From assembly GCA_965243545.1 (NCBI GenBank), contig OZ251573.1, positions 2,246,093-2,310,092 on the forward strand: a DNA stretch of 64,000 nucleotides, given 5' to 3'. Of this stretch, positions 27,613-38,268 are shown one piece after another (positions within the stretch are counted from its first letter, which is position 1; each line of letters starts with the position of its first letter). The translations under genes and the position numbers were made by a program. Origin of the DNA: Spirochaetia bacterium. GTDB lineage: Bacteria > Spirochaetota > Spirochaetia > SZUA-6 > Bin103. A model generated the notes under the pieces. It was not told the DNA's origin and did no database searches. It was given only the letters and a program-made list of their open reading frames with translations.

Positions 27613-27719
27613 GGGCCGTCCGGATCATAACGTCTTCACGCTTGGCGGCGCCGGCCGGCTTGACGGACGCTGACGGACGCGCCGCCGGAGGGGTAGCCTG
27701 AGCGCCGGAAGGGAGAGGC

Positions 27720-28460
27720 ATGGCAGGAGATCACGACGGCAGAGTCGCGCTGGTGACCGGCGCGGCGCAGGGCATGGGGGCGGCGTGCGCGCGGCGGCTG
27801 GCGGCCGGCGGCGCCGCGGTGGTGCTGTTCGACCGGCAGGAGGAGCCGGTGCGGCGGCTCGCCGCCGAGCTCGGCGGGCTGCCGTGCGCGGGCGACGTGA
27901 CCCGCGCCGCCGACGTCGAGCGGGCGGTCGCCGCCGCGGTCGAACGCCATGAGCGGCTCGACATCCTGGTCAACGCCGCCGGCATCATGCTGCGCACGCG
28001 CTTCTTCGATCTGGACGAGGAGGAGTTCGACCGCGTGGTGGCGGTCAGCCTCAAGGGGTCGTTCCTGACCAGCAGGGCGGCGGCGGAACCGATGCGCCGC
28101 ACCGGCTACGGCCGCATCGTCCACTTCTCCTCCACCGCCGGCCGCACCGTGAGCACCCTGGGCGGCTGCCACTACACCGCCGCCAAGCACGCCGTGCTGG
28201 GGCTGACGCGCGCGCTGGCCAAGGAGCTGGCGCCGCACGGCATTACCGTCAACGCGGTCTGCCCCGGGCTCATCGACACGGAGATGGTGCGCGGTACCGT
28301 GACCCCGGAACGGATCGCCGAGTACCGGGCGAAGTTCCCGGTCTCACGGCTCGGCAGCCCGCAGGAGGTCGCCGAGACGGTCGCCTTCCTCACCGGCCCG
28401 CACGCCGGCTATATCACCGGCGCCCCGATCGACATCAACGGCGGCGACTTCATGGGCTGA
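27720..28460 (+). CDS. SDR family oxidoreductase (FabG-like)
   Basis: VTGAAQGMGAA (TGxxxGxG) and YTAAKHAV (YxxxK). Confidence 0.85.
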   Translation: MAGDHDGRVALVTGAAQGMGAACARRLAAGGAAVVLFDRQEEPVRRLAAELGGLPCAGDVTRAADVERAVAAAVERHERLDILVNAAGIMLRTRFFDLDEEEFDRVVAVSLKGSFLTSRAAAEPMRRTGYGRIVHFSSTAGRTVSTLGGCHYTAAKHAVLGLTRALAKELAPHGITVNAVCPGLIDTEMVRGTVTPERIAEYRAKFPVSRLGSPQEVAETVAFLTGPHAGYITGAPIDINGGDFMG

Positions 28461-28474
28461 GCCGGCGCGCGCGG

Positions 28475-29335
28475 GTGGCGTATACTGGCGCCATGTTGAG
28501 CGATTCCGACGTTCGAGCGTTCCACCGCCAGGGCTTCGTCCTGGGCGGCCGCGTGCTGACCGATGCGGCGGTGGACGAGCTGCGCGGCGAGATGGAACGG
28601 GTCCTGACCGCCACCGATTTCCCCGACGGCCGCCGCCCGGTGCGGTGCGTCGACCTGTCCGAGAGCGAAGGCCGGCCGGTGTGGCAGATCGTCAACATCT
28701 GGCAGGCGAGCGAGGCGTTCGCCCGGCTCACGCGCAACCCGGAGATCGTCACCGCGGTGGCGCGCCTCACCGGCGCCGCGGAGCTGCGCATCTGGCACGA
28801 CCAGGTGCAGTACAAGCCGAAGGACGTCGGCGGCACCATCTCCTGGCATCAGGATTCGCCGGCGTGGCCGGTGCTCACACCGCCGGTGCAGGTGTCGGCG
28901 TGGGTGGCGCTGGACGACGTGGACCGCGGCAACGGCTGTCTGTGGATGGTCGAAGGCTCGCACCGGTGGGGGACCGCCCGCGATCTGCTGCGGGAGATGC
29001 GCCACGACTCGACGCTGCCGGAACAGTACGCCGGCCACCCGATCCGGCAGGCGCCGCGCCCCGTGCCCAAGGGACACGTCCACTTCCATCACGGCCTGAC
29101 GTGGCACGCCTCGTTCCCCAACCGGTCCGGCCGGCAGCGGCGCGCCATCGCCGTCCATTACATGCCGGAGACCACGCGCTACGTCGCCGCCAACGACCAC
29201 GTGATGAAGCCGTACATCACCGTCGCCGACGGGGCGCCGATGGCCGGCCCGGTATTCCCGCGGGTCTACCCGGTCGGCGCCGCCGAACCGGACGCCGCGG
29301 CGGCCGAACCCGCCCTGGCCGGGAGCGCCGTATGA
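28475..29335 (+). CDS. phytanoyl-CoA dioxygenase (PhyH) family Fe(II)/2OG oxygenase
   Basis: FHRQGFVLGGRVL at the N-terminus and ISWHQDSPAW (HxD). A distal His lies in GLTWHAS. Confidence 0.65.
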   Translation: MAYTGAMLSDSDVRAFHRQGFVLGGRVLTDAAVDELRGEMERVLTATDFPDGRRPVRCVDLSESEGRPVWQIVNIWQASEAFARLTRNPEIVTAVARLTGAAELRIWHDQVQYKPKDVGGTISWHQDSPAWPVLTPPVQVSAWVALDDVDRGNGCLWMVEGSHRWGTARDLLREMRHDSTLPEQYAGHPIRQAPRPVPKGHVHFHHGLTWHASFPNRSGRQRRAIAVHYMPETTRYVAANDHVMKPYITVADGAPMAGPVFPRVYPVGAAEPDAAAAEPALAGSAV

Positions 29336-30894
29336 AGCGGCGCATGAACGGCGGCCAGGCGCTGGTCCGATCACTCGCCGCGCAGGGGGTGGCGGTCACC
29401 TTTGGCGTGCCGGGCGCGGGCCAGTACGAGGCGGTCGACGCCTTCTTCGACACCGGCGGCATCCGCTACGTCTCCTGCCGCAACGAGCAACCGACCACGC
29501 ACATGGCCGACGGCTACGCGCGCGCCGTCAACCGGCCCGCCGCCGCGCTGGTGGTGCCGGGCGCGGGCCTGTTCAACGCCTCCGGGGGCGTGTCGACCGC
29601 GCTCCGCTCCTCCTCCCCCATCATCGTGATCAGCGGCGCGCCCGAGGACCGGATCAAGGGCGCGGCCGGCGGCCACTGGCTTGCGCCGGTCACCAAGTGG
29701 GCCGCGCGCGCGTCCACTCCCGGCGAGGTGGCGGCCAAAGTGCCGGAGGCGGTGCGCGCGGCGTGCTCCGGCCGCCCGCGGCCGGTCTACCTGGAGGTGC
29801 CGGCCACGGTGCTGGCGCAGGAGGAAGATGTGGAGATCGCCCCGGCGGTCACGATCGAGCCGCCAGCCGGCGACCCGGCCGCCCTGGAGCGCGCCGCCGC
29901 CCTGCTGTCCGGTGCCGAGCGCCCGTTGATCCTGGCCGGAACCGGCGTCCACCGCTCCGGCGCCGCGGCGGCGCTTGCCAAGCTGGCCGAGCTGCTGCCG
30001 GCGGCGGTGGTGACGACGACCGCCGGCAAAGGCGCCATCTCCGACCGCAGCCCGTTGGCGCTGGGGCAGGCGCTGGCCGCCTACGCGCCGCTGGTGGAGT
30101 TCGCGCAGTCGCGCGACGTGGTGCTCGCCGTCGGCGCCCAGGCCGGGCCGGCGGCACTGCCGGGCGTCGATCCGTCGCGCGTGATCCGCATCGACGTGGA
30201 CCCCGGCGCGCTGGCCGGCGATCAGGCGGTCGCCATCGAAGCGGACGCCCGCCGCGCTCTGGAGACGCTGGCCGAGCTGGTGCGTCCCGGGCGGGCCGAG
30301 GACCCGGCTGCGGCCATCGCGGCGCTCAACGCCGTCCGCTACGGAGACACCGAGCAGCTGCAGCCGCAGCGCTCCTACGTCGAGGCGTTGCGCGCGGCTA
30401 TCCCGGATGACGGCGTGCACTCCTACGGCATGAACCAGATGGGCTACTACAGCCGCAACTATTACCGGGTGTACGCGCCCGATACGTATTTCGATCCGCG
30501 CGGCAACCTGGGCGCCGCGCTGCCGATCGCCATCGGCGCCAAGGTCGCCCGCCCGGACACGCCGGTGGTCGCCTGCTGCGGCGACGGCGGCGTCATGTAC
30601 CACGTCCAGGAGCTGGCTACCGCGGTGCTGCACGGCATCGCCGTGACCGTGGTGGTCTTCAACGACGACGCGTACGGCAACGTCAAGCGCTCGCAGCAGG
30701 AGGACTTCGGCGGCCGGCTGGTCGGCGTCGACCTGCGCAACCCGGACTTCGTCCGGTTGAGCGAATCGTTCGGCGTGCGCGGGGCGCGGGCGCGCGACGC
30801 GGCGGCGCTCCGCCGGGAACTGGAGCGCGCGTTCGCGGGCAGCGAGCCGGTGCTGATAGAGGTCCCGGTCGGTCAGATGGAGCGGGTCTATTGA
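29332..30894 (+). CDS. thiamine pyrophosphate-dependent enzyme (acetolactate synthase-like)
   Basis: The start ATG 29332 (MKRRMNGGQALV) forms an ATGA overlap with the PhyH stop; the track ORF 28645.. is over-extended. TPP motif CCGDGGVMYHVQELATAV...VVVFNDDAYGN. Confidence 0.8.
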   Translation: MKRRMNGGQALVRSLAAQGVAVTFGVPGAGQYEAVDAFFDTGGIRYVSCRNEQPTTHMADGYARAVNRPAAALVVPGAGLFNASGGVSTALRSSSPIIVISGAPEDRIKGAAGGHWLAPVTKWAARASTPGEVAAKVPEAVRAACSGRPRPVYLEVPATVLAQEEDVEIAPAVTIEPPAGDPAALERAAALLSGAERPLILAGTGVHRSGAAAALAKLAELLPAAVVTTTAGKGAISDRSPLALGQALAAYAPLVEFAQSRDVVLAVGAQAGPAALPGVDPSRVIRIDVDPGALAGDQAVAIEADARRALETLAELVRPGRAEDPAAAIAALNAVRYGDTEQLQPQRSYVEALRAAIPDDGVHSYGMNQMGYYSRNYYRVYAPDTYFDPRGNLGAALPIAIGAKVARPDTPVVACCGDGGVMYHVQELATAVLHGIAVTVVVFNDDAYGNVKRSQQEDFGGRLVGVDLRNPDFVRLSESFGVRGARARDAAALRRELERAFAGSEPVLIEVPVGQMERVY

Positions 30895-32036
30895 ACCGCC
30901 CGGCCACCTACGCGGACCTGGGCGTGCGGCCGTTCATCAACTGCCGCGGCACCGGCACGGCCAGCGGCGGAAGCCTGATGCCGGAGCCGGTATTGGAGGC
31001 GATGCGGCAGGCGGCCGGCAGCTTCGTGGCGCTGGAGACGCTGCAGGAGCGGGTCGGCGAGCGGCTGGCGCGCCGCATCGGCGTGGAGGCGGCGTTGGTC
31101 ACCTGCGGCGCGGCCAGCGGCGTGCAGCAGGCGGCGGCCGCCTGCCTGACCGGCGCGGACGCAGAGCGGGTGCAGCGGCTGCCGTTCACCACCGGGTGGC
31201 GCAACCGGTTCGTGATCCCGCAGGTCGACGCGCACGACTACCTGTTTCAGGTGATCGCCGCGGTCGGCGGCGTGCTGGTCAAGGTCGGCGGCAGGGAGTC
31301 GTGCCCCACCGCCGCGATCGAGGCGGCCCTCGACGACGACACGGCGGCGGTCGTGCATTACCTGGGAAAACAGACGCTGGCGCAGCTCGCCGAGGTGGTG
31401 GCGGTCGCCGCACCGCGCGGCATCCCGGTCATCGTCGACGCGGCGGCGCAGCTGCCGCCCCGCTCCAACCTCACCGAACCGGCGCGCCTGGGCGCGGGTC
31501 TGGTGGTGTTTTCCGGCGGCAAAGGCTTGCGCGGGCCGCAGTCGAGCGGCTTGGTGGTCGGCAAGGAGGAGCTGATCCGCGCCGCGCGCATGAACGGATC
31601 GCCGGCCAGCTCGGTCGGCCGCGGCATGAAGGTCGGCAAGGAGGAGCTGATGGGCCTGCTGGCCGCGGTGGAGCTGTTCCTGGAAGGGAGCGATGAGGAG
31701 GACTACCGCCGCTGGCGCGCCGACTCGGAGCTGATCGCGGACGCGCTGGCCGGCGTTGATGGCGTGAACGCTACGGTCGACGACGGCGACGAGCTCTTCT
31801 TCCCCGGCGGCGTGCCGCGCGTCCGCATCGAGCTCGCCGGCGCCCGCACGGCCGATGCCTGCGCCGCCCCGCTCCGCGACGGCGACCCCAGCATCAACAT
31901 GGGAACCTGGGAGCGCGGCATGTTCGTCGACCCCATGACCCTGCAACCCGGCGAAGCCCCCCAGGTCGCCCGCCGCCTCCGAGAGGTGCTGACGGTGATG
32001 TATACTGCCCTGCCTAAAGGACCATCCGATGGCTGA
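30891..32036 (+). CDS. SelA-like / DgaE-like PLP-dependent enzyme
   Basis: VVFSGGKGLRGPQSSGLVVGKEELI resembles the FSGDKLLGGPQ PLP-lysine region of the SelA family. Confidence 0.5.
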   Translation: MNRPATYADLGVRPFINCRGTGTASGGSLMPEPVLEAMRQAAGSFVALETLQERVGERLARRIGVEAALVTCGAASGVQQAAAACLTGADAERVQRLPFTTGWRNRFVIPQVDAHDYLFQVIAAVGGVLVKVGGRESCPTAAIEAALDDDTAAVVHYLGKQTLAQLAEVVAVAAPRGIPVIVDAAAQLPPRSNLTEPARLGAGLVVFSGGKGLRGPQSSGLVVGKEELIRAARMNGSPASSVGRGMKVGKEELMGLLAAVELFLEGSDEEDYRRWRADSELIADALAGVDGVNATVDDGDELFFPGGVPRVRIELAGARTADACAAPLRDGDPSINMGTWERGMFVDPMTLQPGEAPQVARRLREVLTVMYTALPKGPSDG

Positions 32037-35000
32037 CACCGAAAACTCCCACCAGCTGCGCAACGGCCTCCCCCATTGCATCTCCCGCGATCAACAGGGC
32101 TTCGACCGCCTGAAACGCATACTCGGGCTCAGTCGCGACACATGCAGAAATCTCCTGGACATCGCCCGAAAAAACGTAACATCTTTTCCCAAGGCAAAGT
32201 TGAGTCGCCGCTTGAGCGCCAGTGAACGCGATCGGCTATTACTGCTTGAGCTCTACCAAGACAAGACTCGCCGATATAAATACTGGGCACACATCTTCTC
32301 TCTGTTTGAGTCGGGCAAAGACAAGGAGATTGCCCGGAAGCCTCCCTCGCTCGAGCATCGTCTCCTCACCCACCATCTCAACGACTTCTCTACTGAGAAA
32401 CGCGACTCATTGCAAAGTCTCGATGTTTTTTCTTGCTGGCCCGACCTTGCGCAGCATCTGACCGACACCGTTCCCTGGGCCGACTTCTCCGCACATGCAT
32501 GGGCCGCCACTCTAAAACGTTTGTCGGTTGATACCTGGGACGCTCTTGATCCCGACCAACGCGCCGAAGTTTCGATGACCGTCTTTTCCATCGCGACCAT
32601 CGTCGATGACGACCGCATACTGCGTTCCGCCATCAGCGCCATACCCGACCTCGCGGCCGAATACGACGACATACTACAAACACCGCCGGTTTCCGACGAC
32701 GTTACCGAAACCGGTGCGGCACCGGAAGACGATTCGGAAATCGCAAATATTGTAGAGATAGAAGAGGAAATCGAGAATAACGAAAGCAACGAACACGACG
32801 TCCTCGATAGGTGGACCGCCCTCTGCGAGTCGCTGGGATCGTTAGCCAACGACGCCAAGGGTCCACCCCTCATCGTCGACACCTTGCCCCAAATACGCGC
32901 CGTCGTCGATGAGTTGTCAAAGATCGCCCAACACGCCAAAGAACGGACCGCAGCCGCTGCTTTCGACCACCTGATTTCCCAAGTGCATGCCTATCTTGAC
33001 GATTCTTCTCCGCAAGGTTTTTCCTGGATCGGGAACACCCAGCGCACGAACCTGAACGCCGCATGGGAAGCCGAACGGCCATCGCTATCCATGAAGCAAA
33101 TTGGTGAAGAATTTATCCGACTGGAAGAAAGTGTTCCGACCGCTCTCAAGCACATCGACGACGTGACGGCCAACCTATCGACTGCCCAAGCGAAGCTCGA
33201 CGCCTTCCCAACCGCACCCCCTGACTTCGCATCCTACGAACATTGGGCAAGCTCCAGTGTCACATTGAGCGAGGCCGTTACCGGGTTGCGGACTGACCTA
33301 TATCGGGCGTTCCTTGATCTGCTTTCTCAGCTGTCACCTTTCGGTAGACCGTTCTCCCCGAATGCTCCTCAACACTCGCCTCCCGACCACGACACCCCAT
33401 CGTCGCCACCGGCCTCCGCACCAGAAGGCGATCAGCCGTCGACCACCACCGAGTCAGCCCCCAGCGAACCCCACGAGCACGACCTTGACCCCCCAGACGC
33501 CGGGTCCGACGAAAAGCCCGAACCGACCGCCATTCCCGCCCCTAATGAGTCTTCCTCCCAATTGGCTGCGAATGAAGTACGCCCGGTTGAATCTACTGAA
33601 GCACCACTGACCCGTCGCGCCGCTGATACCGACCCAGCGGCAACGAAACACCCGCAATCCGATGACACCGACGGCGTCGCCGCTACACCCACTAGGCGAC
33701 CCACACCAGCGCCAGACGCTGAGAAGCCGCCCATAGAGTCTGGGTCTCCCCCCGAAGCACCGCCAGCCCGCCTGATTGCAGACGCGCTAAGCGAATCTCC
33801 CCCTCGGCTTGCTTACGCCGCCCAGGTCAGCGCTCTGAGTGAGCGCCTTGCTTTTTCGACGGATGCTCCTTTAGCCGTTCTCCTCAAAGCCGCCGCGCTT
33901 GCTGACTATCTCACTTCGCCGGATGGTACAATAGCGTACGCTCTGAGTGGCCTCCTTGAAGGTTTTTCGTTGTCCGATTCCGTCGAAGATAAGGACGACT
34001 TGGTTCGTGACCAGTACAATATGCTTGCGCTCGCCGCGGCTTTACGGCCGACGTTGCTTTTGCCAGGGCCCGCTGCACTGAGTATCCTTTCATCGCTTTC
34101 CCCTAGCGAGCGATTGCAGGCGGTGTTTCGGTTTGCTAACGCCGTCGTAACGAGCCGTGCTGAGCTGCCGGGAGTTCGCGTCGACTCCACTATGTTGAGG
34201 GCAGCCCGTTCCGATGCTGCCTGGCGACAGGAACGCGATGGCCTTCGCGACGAACTTGCCGACTGGCGTCAGCGTGCGTCGAGGATGACCTTGATATATG
34301 CGCCCGCGACTGCGGTGTGGAAGCAGTGGCTTAGCTCGGAGGGAATCATCGGAAGATTAGTCGCATCAATCGCCTCGAATACTGAGGACGACGTATCCAT
34401 CAAGGAATCACTTAGCGAATTACATACCCAAAGAGACTTCAATAAGCATGTCAAGGTAACCGACCGTAATCTCATTGGTCGTCAACGGGGCCCGGACATC
34501 GAAGCTCGCGCACTAAAACAACTCTACGAACACGCGCAGATTGCCGTAGACCTTGGTCGCCGGCACCTGAGTCTCCGCGCATCACAGCCAGCGAACCGAG
34601 CCCCCGAGACCATCGTCGCGCTCACGAGACTTCTAGATCGGGTCCAGCGGCTCGGTTCACTCGCCGCCGACGAGCTCCATACAATCTCCAATAACAGAGG
34701 GCCGACGCTTTTGGTCGCCGCCGCGAGCACCGCCGCATATGCAATTGATCGATTTCGTACCTTCCTACAGGCAGCGTCCGACCAAGAGCCTGATCCACAA
34801 GACATTCTCGCATCGGCGCTGTTCCCCTATCCAACGATCCCGATCGGCGCGGACGGCCTATCTGCCTGTGATGACCAGAGTGCGCTCGACACGTTAATTA
34901 CGTCCGAGCCGCTCGATTTGGATTTCGCAGCGATGAAGCGATTGGAGTCCGGTGATTTCCGAACTACACGGCAGATGCTCCGATGGATTGAGTCAAACGA

Positions 35001-38000
35001 TCTGGATCACTCAGACAACATTCGCCGTGTATTGACACAGGAGTTACAGCGACGCCGACGGGACTTGCGCCACGATATTGATGATACCAGAGCAAGGATC
35101 ACCACAGCGTTTTCGCGCGAACACATTCAGGACGCCCAGAGAACCACGTACGAAGCCCAGCTTGTTGAAATGGAGCGACGCGCCGAACAGCCCGAATTTC
35201 TCGACTACGAGGCTGAATACGCTGTCCTTCGTAAAATCACTCACGACATCGACACGGCGCTCGATCAGCTAAGGACGAAAGCTCATTCCCATCTTAGGCG
35301 CTCAGGAATCGAGCCGGATAGTTCGCGCTATGCTGGGATTGTAGACGCCATCAAGCGCGGCGATATCATCACTGCTAACGAGGTGATCGGACGACCGGAA
35401 GCCATCAACTTCTTGGTCGATACGGCGCCACCAAATCCATTTGTTGATTTCTATCCCTCACGATCTGAGGCTATCAGGAAGGAAATAGAAGATCGGCCGG
35501 CCCCCCAGGTGATCCGTGAGGTAACAACCTCTGACGTGTTTGGAGGCATGGAGCTCACTTCTGTGTCTCGCGAGCAACGAGAATCAGCTGGACGCATGCT
35601 GACAGCATGGTACGCGCTAAGGCGTGCTGGCCGTTTATCCGATTCAGCAAAGGGTCACATTGAGACACTACTCTCCGAGATTAGATTCGTCGTACGCCAG
35701 ATACGCCTTACGTCTCGGAGTCACCGCGATCTTGCCGAGGCGTTCGTCGAGACCGACCCGTTGGACACTAGGGAGCAGTGTCCGATTCCTGAGTTCGGCT
35801 CGTCCGTCAGCGGAAGGTACCGGATCGTATTCCTGTGGAGAAGCCCAACGGCGGAGGATATCCTTCAGCACGCAAACAGCGGGGACCGTCGGCAAGCAAC
35901 GATTGTATTGTATTTCGCCGCGCTAGACGCTTCACGTCGAGCCGTGCTTGCTCGCCTCACTCGCGAACGCTCCCGCAGCCTGCTTATAGTCGATGACGTG
36001 TTGATTCTGTACCTGTGCGGCGCTGTTGGGTCCCGAATGCCAGTTCTGTTTGGCTGTTCACTACCCTTTACCTACGTCCAGCCGTACGTCACGAGCGCCG
36101 GTCTGGTGCCTCCTGAGATGTTCTACGGCCGTGAGCGGGAAATCGAAGAAATTGCGGCTCCGAATGAGTCTTGCTTTATCTATGGAGGCAGGCAACTGGG
36201 CAAGACCGCGCTTCTCCGTCAAGTTGAAAAAAAATACCACCGACCCGCTAATGATACCTACGCGATTTGGATCGATTTGAAGCGTGATGGTGTGGGCTAT
36301 GATCGGGTCTACGAGCACGGGGTACGAGGTGTCTGGAGCACCATCTGGCGCGCGCTAAACGCCGCAATGGAAATGCCGGACGACGTTATGGACCCTAATC
36401 CTAACACACCTAACATCCGAAGGCGTATTGACGATTTCGTCAATTTTCTTGAAGGCTATTTTAGGCGAGAATCAGGACGGAGGCTCCTTCTGCTGCTAGA
36501 CGAGGCCGACAAATTTCTAGAAGTAGACGCTCGACAAGTACAGGGCCGACCAGGTACCGAGTATCGGGAGTCGGCCCAGTTGAAAGGGCTCATGGATGCC
36601 ACTGAGCGCTCGATCAAAGTTGTCTTCGCCGGCCTCCATAACGTGTTGCGGACAGCCGAGTCCTCGAATCATCCACTCGGTCACTTCGGCACACCGATCC
36701 AAATTCGTCCGCTTTGGCGCGACGCTCGTGCACTGATCCTCGAACCACTCACAGCTGCCGGTTATCGGCTCGACGAGAATCTTGTAGTCCGGGTTCTCGC
36801 CCGAACCAACTACTATCCGCACCTCATACAGCTCTACGGCTCGGACCTCGTTAAATCGATGGCTAATAGAGTAGTTGACGCACCTCCGTTTCCGATTCCG
36901 GAGTCGCTCGTTGACGACACCTATCTGAAGGATACGAATCTCCGCCAAGAGTTTCGTCAGAGGTTTCGTCTGACTTTGCAGCTCGATCCTCGCTACGAGG
37001 TGATCGCCTACACGGTGGCCTATGAATGCAATGAGCGACATTCCGCCCTTTCCGACGGGCTCGATTTCCGGCAGATAGACGAAAAGGCCCGGTCCTGTTG
37101 GCCCGAGGGCTTCGACGACTTCGAGCCGGGTACCGACCGCTTTCGGTCCCTTCTCGATGAAATGGACGGCCTTGGAGTGCTGCGTAAGGTTGACGACCAT
37201 CGATATACGTTGCGCAACCCTAACGTGTTGATGCTTATGGGTTCATCGGAAGAGATTTTGGAGACTCTTCTTAGACCTCGTAACTTGCCGCAGGAGACTG
37301 ATCCTGCTACGTTCAGGGCTCACGATCCTAGTGGCGGAGATTCTTCTCCGTCTCGTAACCCACTTACGTACCAGCAGGAGGGATCGCTTCGCGCGATGAA
37401 GAACGGTGTCTCAATAGTCTGTGGCTTACCGGCGTCCGGTTACGACGACGTTCCTCGCTTCCTAAGCCGTTCGGGATTTGTTGTTCAACTATTCGACGAG
37501 AAAGAATTTCGCGACCCGTTGGGCGTGGGATCGCTGACTCGCCGCCAGTTCGGTGATACGCTTGTGAGTCACTATGATGGACGATCCGAGGGTACGACCA
37601 TTTACGTAGTCTCCAGCGCCGTTCCGTGGGATAAGGAGTGGGTAGGTGAGTCGTTGGAACGCGTTCACAATCTCAACGTTCGGGGGCGCAGAGACAAGAA
37701 CGTCCGTGTGCTGTTTATGGCGAACGCTACGCGTCTCTTGAACCTCTACTCGGCACGCGAAGGACTCGACGATCTCAGTTTTCAGGGACGGCTTGAATGG
37801 GTTCCACTGCGTCCGTGGCGGGCGGGTTTTCTGCTACAATGGATGAACGATTTAGGTATTCCTGACGCGACCGAGAAGTGCCCGAAGATCATTCATCATA
37901 CGGGCGGATGGTGGGCGTTACTCCAGCGCTTTTACCATCTGGTGATGAAAGAGGGGGACTTCGATGTCGGGCTTGAACGTCTCGACAGCTGGTTAGTGGA

Positions 38001-38262
38001 TTCAAGTAATCGTCCGTTGATCGATGAGCAATTCGGCCTTGATTGCATTGGATCTCGGAGGGAAGTGTTACGCGATCTTACAGAATATGGTGCTGCTGAT
38101 TTCACGGAGCTCCGGACGTTCGCTGAGGACCGGGGCGTGGGAGCTGATAATCTTAGGAACATATTGAGGTGGGCCGAACTACTTCACATAGTGCGCCGAG
38201 CCGGCGCTAAATGGGAGATTGACAGTGTGGTGGGTCGGCTACTCACTGGATCTGTTCTCTGA
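32029..38262 (+). CDS. giant (2077 aa) P-loop NTPase (AAA/STAND-like) of unknown function
   Basis: A single uninterrupted ORF in an AT-richer block. Walker A is FYGREREIEEI...IYGGRQLGKTALL. Walker B is RRLLLLLDEADKFL, followed by VVFAGLHNV and a winged-helix-like GLGVLRKVDDHRYTLRNP. Also present are a long unannotated N-terminal half, a P/E/D/S-rich disordered segment, and a C-terminal ~500 aa extension. Confidence 0.6.
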   Translation: MADTENSHQLRNGLPHCISRDQQGFDRLKRILGLSRDTCRNLLDIARKNVTSFPKAKLSRRLSASERDRLLLLELYQDKTRRYKYWAHIFSLFESGKDKEIARKPPSLEHRLLTHHLNDFSTEKRDSLQSLDVFSCWPDLAQHLTDTVPWADFSAHAWAATLKRLSVDTWDALDPDQRAEVSMTVFSIATIVDDDRILRSAISAIPDLAAEYDDILQTPPVSDDVTETGAAPEDDSEIANIVEIEEEIENNESNEHDVLDRWTALCESLGSLANDAKGPPLIVDTLPQIRAVVDELSKIAQHAKERTAAAAFDHLISQVHAYLDDSSPQGFSWIGNTQRTNLNAAWEAERPSLSMKQIGEEFIRLEESVPTALKHIDDVTANLSTAQAKLDAFPTAPPDFASYEHWASSSVTLSEAVTGLRTDLYRAFLDLLSQLSPFGRPFSPNAPQHSPPDHDTPSSPPASAPEGDQPSTTTESAPSEPHEHDLDPPDAGSDEKPEPTAIPAPNESSSQLAANEVRPVESTEAPLTRRAADTDPAATKHPQSDDTDGVAATPTRRPTPAPDAEKPPIESGSPPEAPPARLIADALSESPPRLAYAAQVSALSERLAFSTDAPLAVLLKAAALADYLTSPDGTIAYALSGLLEGFSLSDSVEDKDDLVRDQYNMLALAAALRPTLLLPGPAALSILSSLSPSERLQAVFRFANAVVTSRAELPGVRVDSTMLRAARSDAAWRQERDGLRDELADWRQRASRMTLIYAPATAVWKQWLSSEGIIGRLVASIASNTEDDVSIKESLSELHTQRDFNKHVKVTDRNLIGRQRGPDIEARALKQLYEHAQIAVDLGRRHLSLRASQPANRAPETIVALTRLLDRVQRLGSLAADELHTISNNRGPTLLVAAASTAAYAIDRFRTFLQAASDQEPDPQDILASALFPYPTIPIGADGLSACDDQSALDTLITSEPLDLDFAAMKRLESGDFRTTRQMLRWIESNDLDHSDNIRRVLTQELQRRRRDLRHDIDDTRARITTAFSREHIQDAQRTTYEAQLVEMERRAEQPEFLDYEAEYAVLRKITHDIDTALDQLRTKAHSHLRRSGIEPDSSRYAGIVDAIKRGDIITANEVIGRPEAINFLVDTAPPNPFVDFYPSRSEAIRKEIEDRPAPQVIREVTTSDVFGGMELTSVSREQRESAGRMLTAWYALRRAGRLSDSAKGHIETLLSEIRFVVRQIRLTSRSHRDLAEAFVETDPLDTREQCPIPEFGSSVSGRYRIVFLWRSPTAEDILQHANSGDRRQATIVLYFAALDASRRAVLARLTRERSRSLLIVDDVLILYLCGAVGSRMPVLFGCSLPFTYVQPYVTSAGLVPPEMFYGREREIEEIAAPNESCFIYGGRQLGKTALLRQVEKKYHRPANDTYAIWIDLKRDGVGYDRVYEHGVRGVWSTIWRALNAAMEMPDDVMDPNPNTPNIRRRIDDFVNFLEGYFRRESGRRLLLLLDEADKFLEVDARQVQGRPGTEYRESAQLKGLMDATERSIKVVFAGLHNVLRTAESSNHPLGHFGTPIQIRPLWRDARALILEPLTAAGYRLDENLVVRVLARTNYYPHLIQLYGSDLVKSMANRVVDAPPFPIPESLVDDTYLKDTNLRQEFRQRFRLTLQLDPRYEVIAYTVAYECNERHSALSDGLDFRQIDEKARSCWPEGFDDFEPGTDRFRSLLDEMDGLGVLRKVDDHRYTLRNPNVLMLMGSSEEILETLLRPRNLPQETDPATFRAHDPSGGDSSPSRNPLTYQQEGSLRAMKNGVSIVCGLPASGYDDVPRFLSRSGFVVQLFDEKEFRDPLGVGSLTRRQFGDTLVSHYDGRSEGTTIYVVSSAVPWDKEWVGESLERVHNLNVRGRRDKNVRVLFMANATRLLNLYSAREGLDDLSFQGRLEWVPLRPWRAGFLLQWMNDLGIPDATEKCPKIIHHTGGWWALLQRFYHLVMKEGDFDVGLERLDSWLVDSSNRPLIDEQFGLDCIGSRREVLRDLTEYGAADFTELRTFAEDRGVGADNLRNILRWAELLHIVRRAGAKWEIDSVVGRLLTGSVL

Positions 38263-38268
38263 TCCGGC

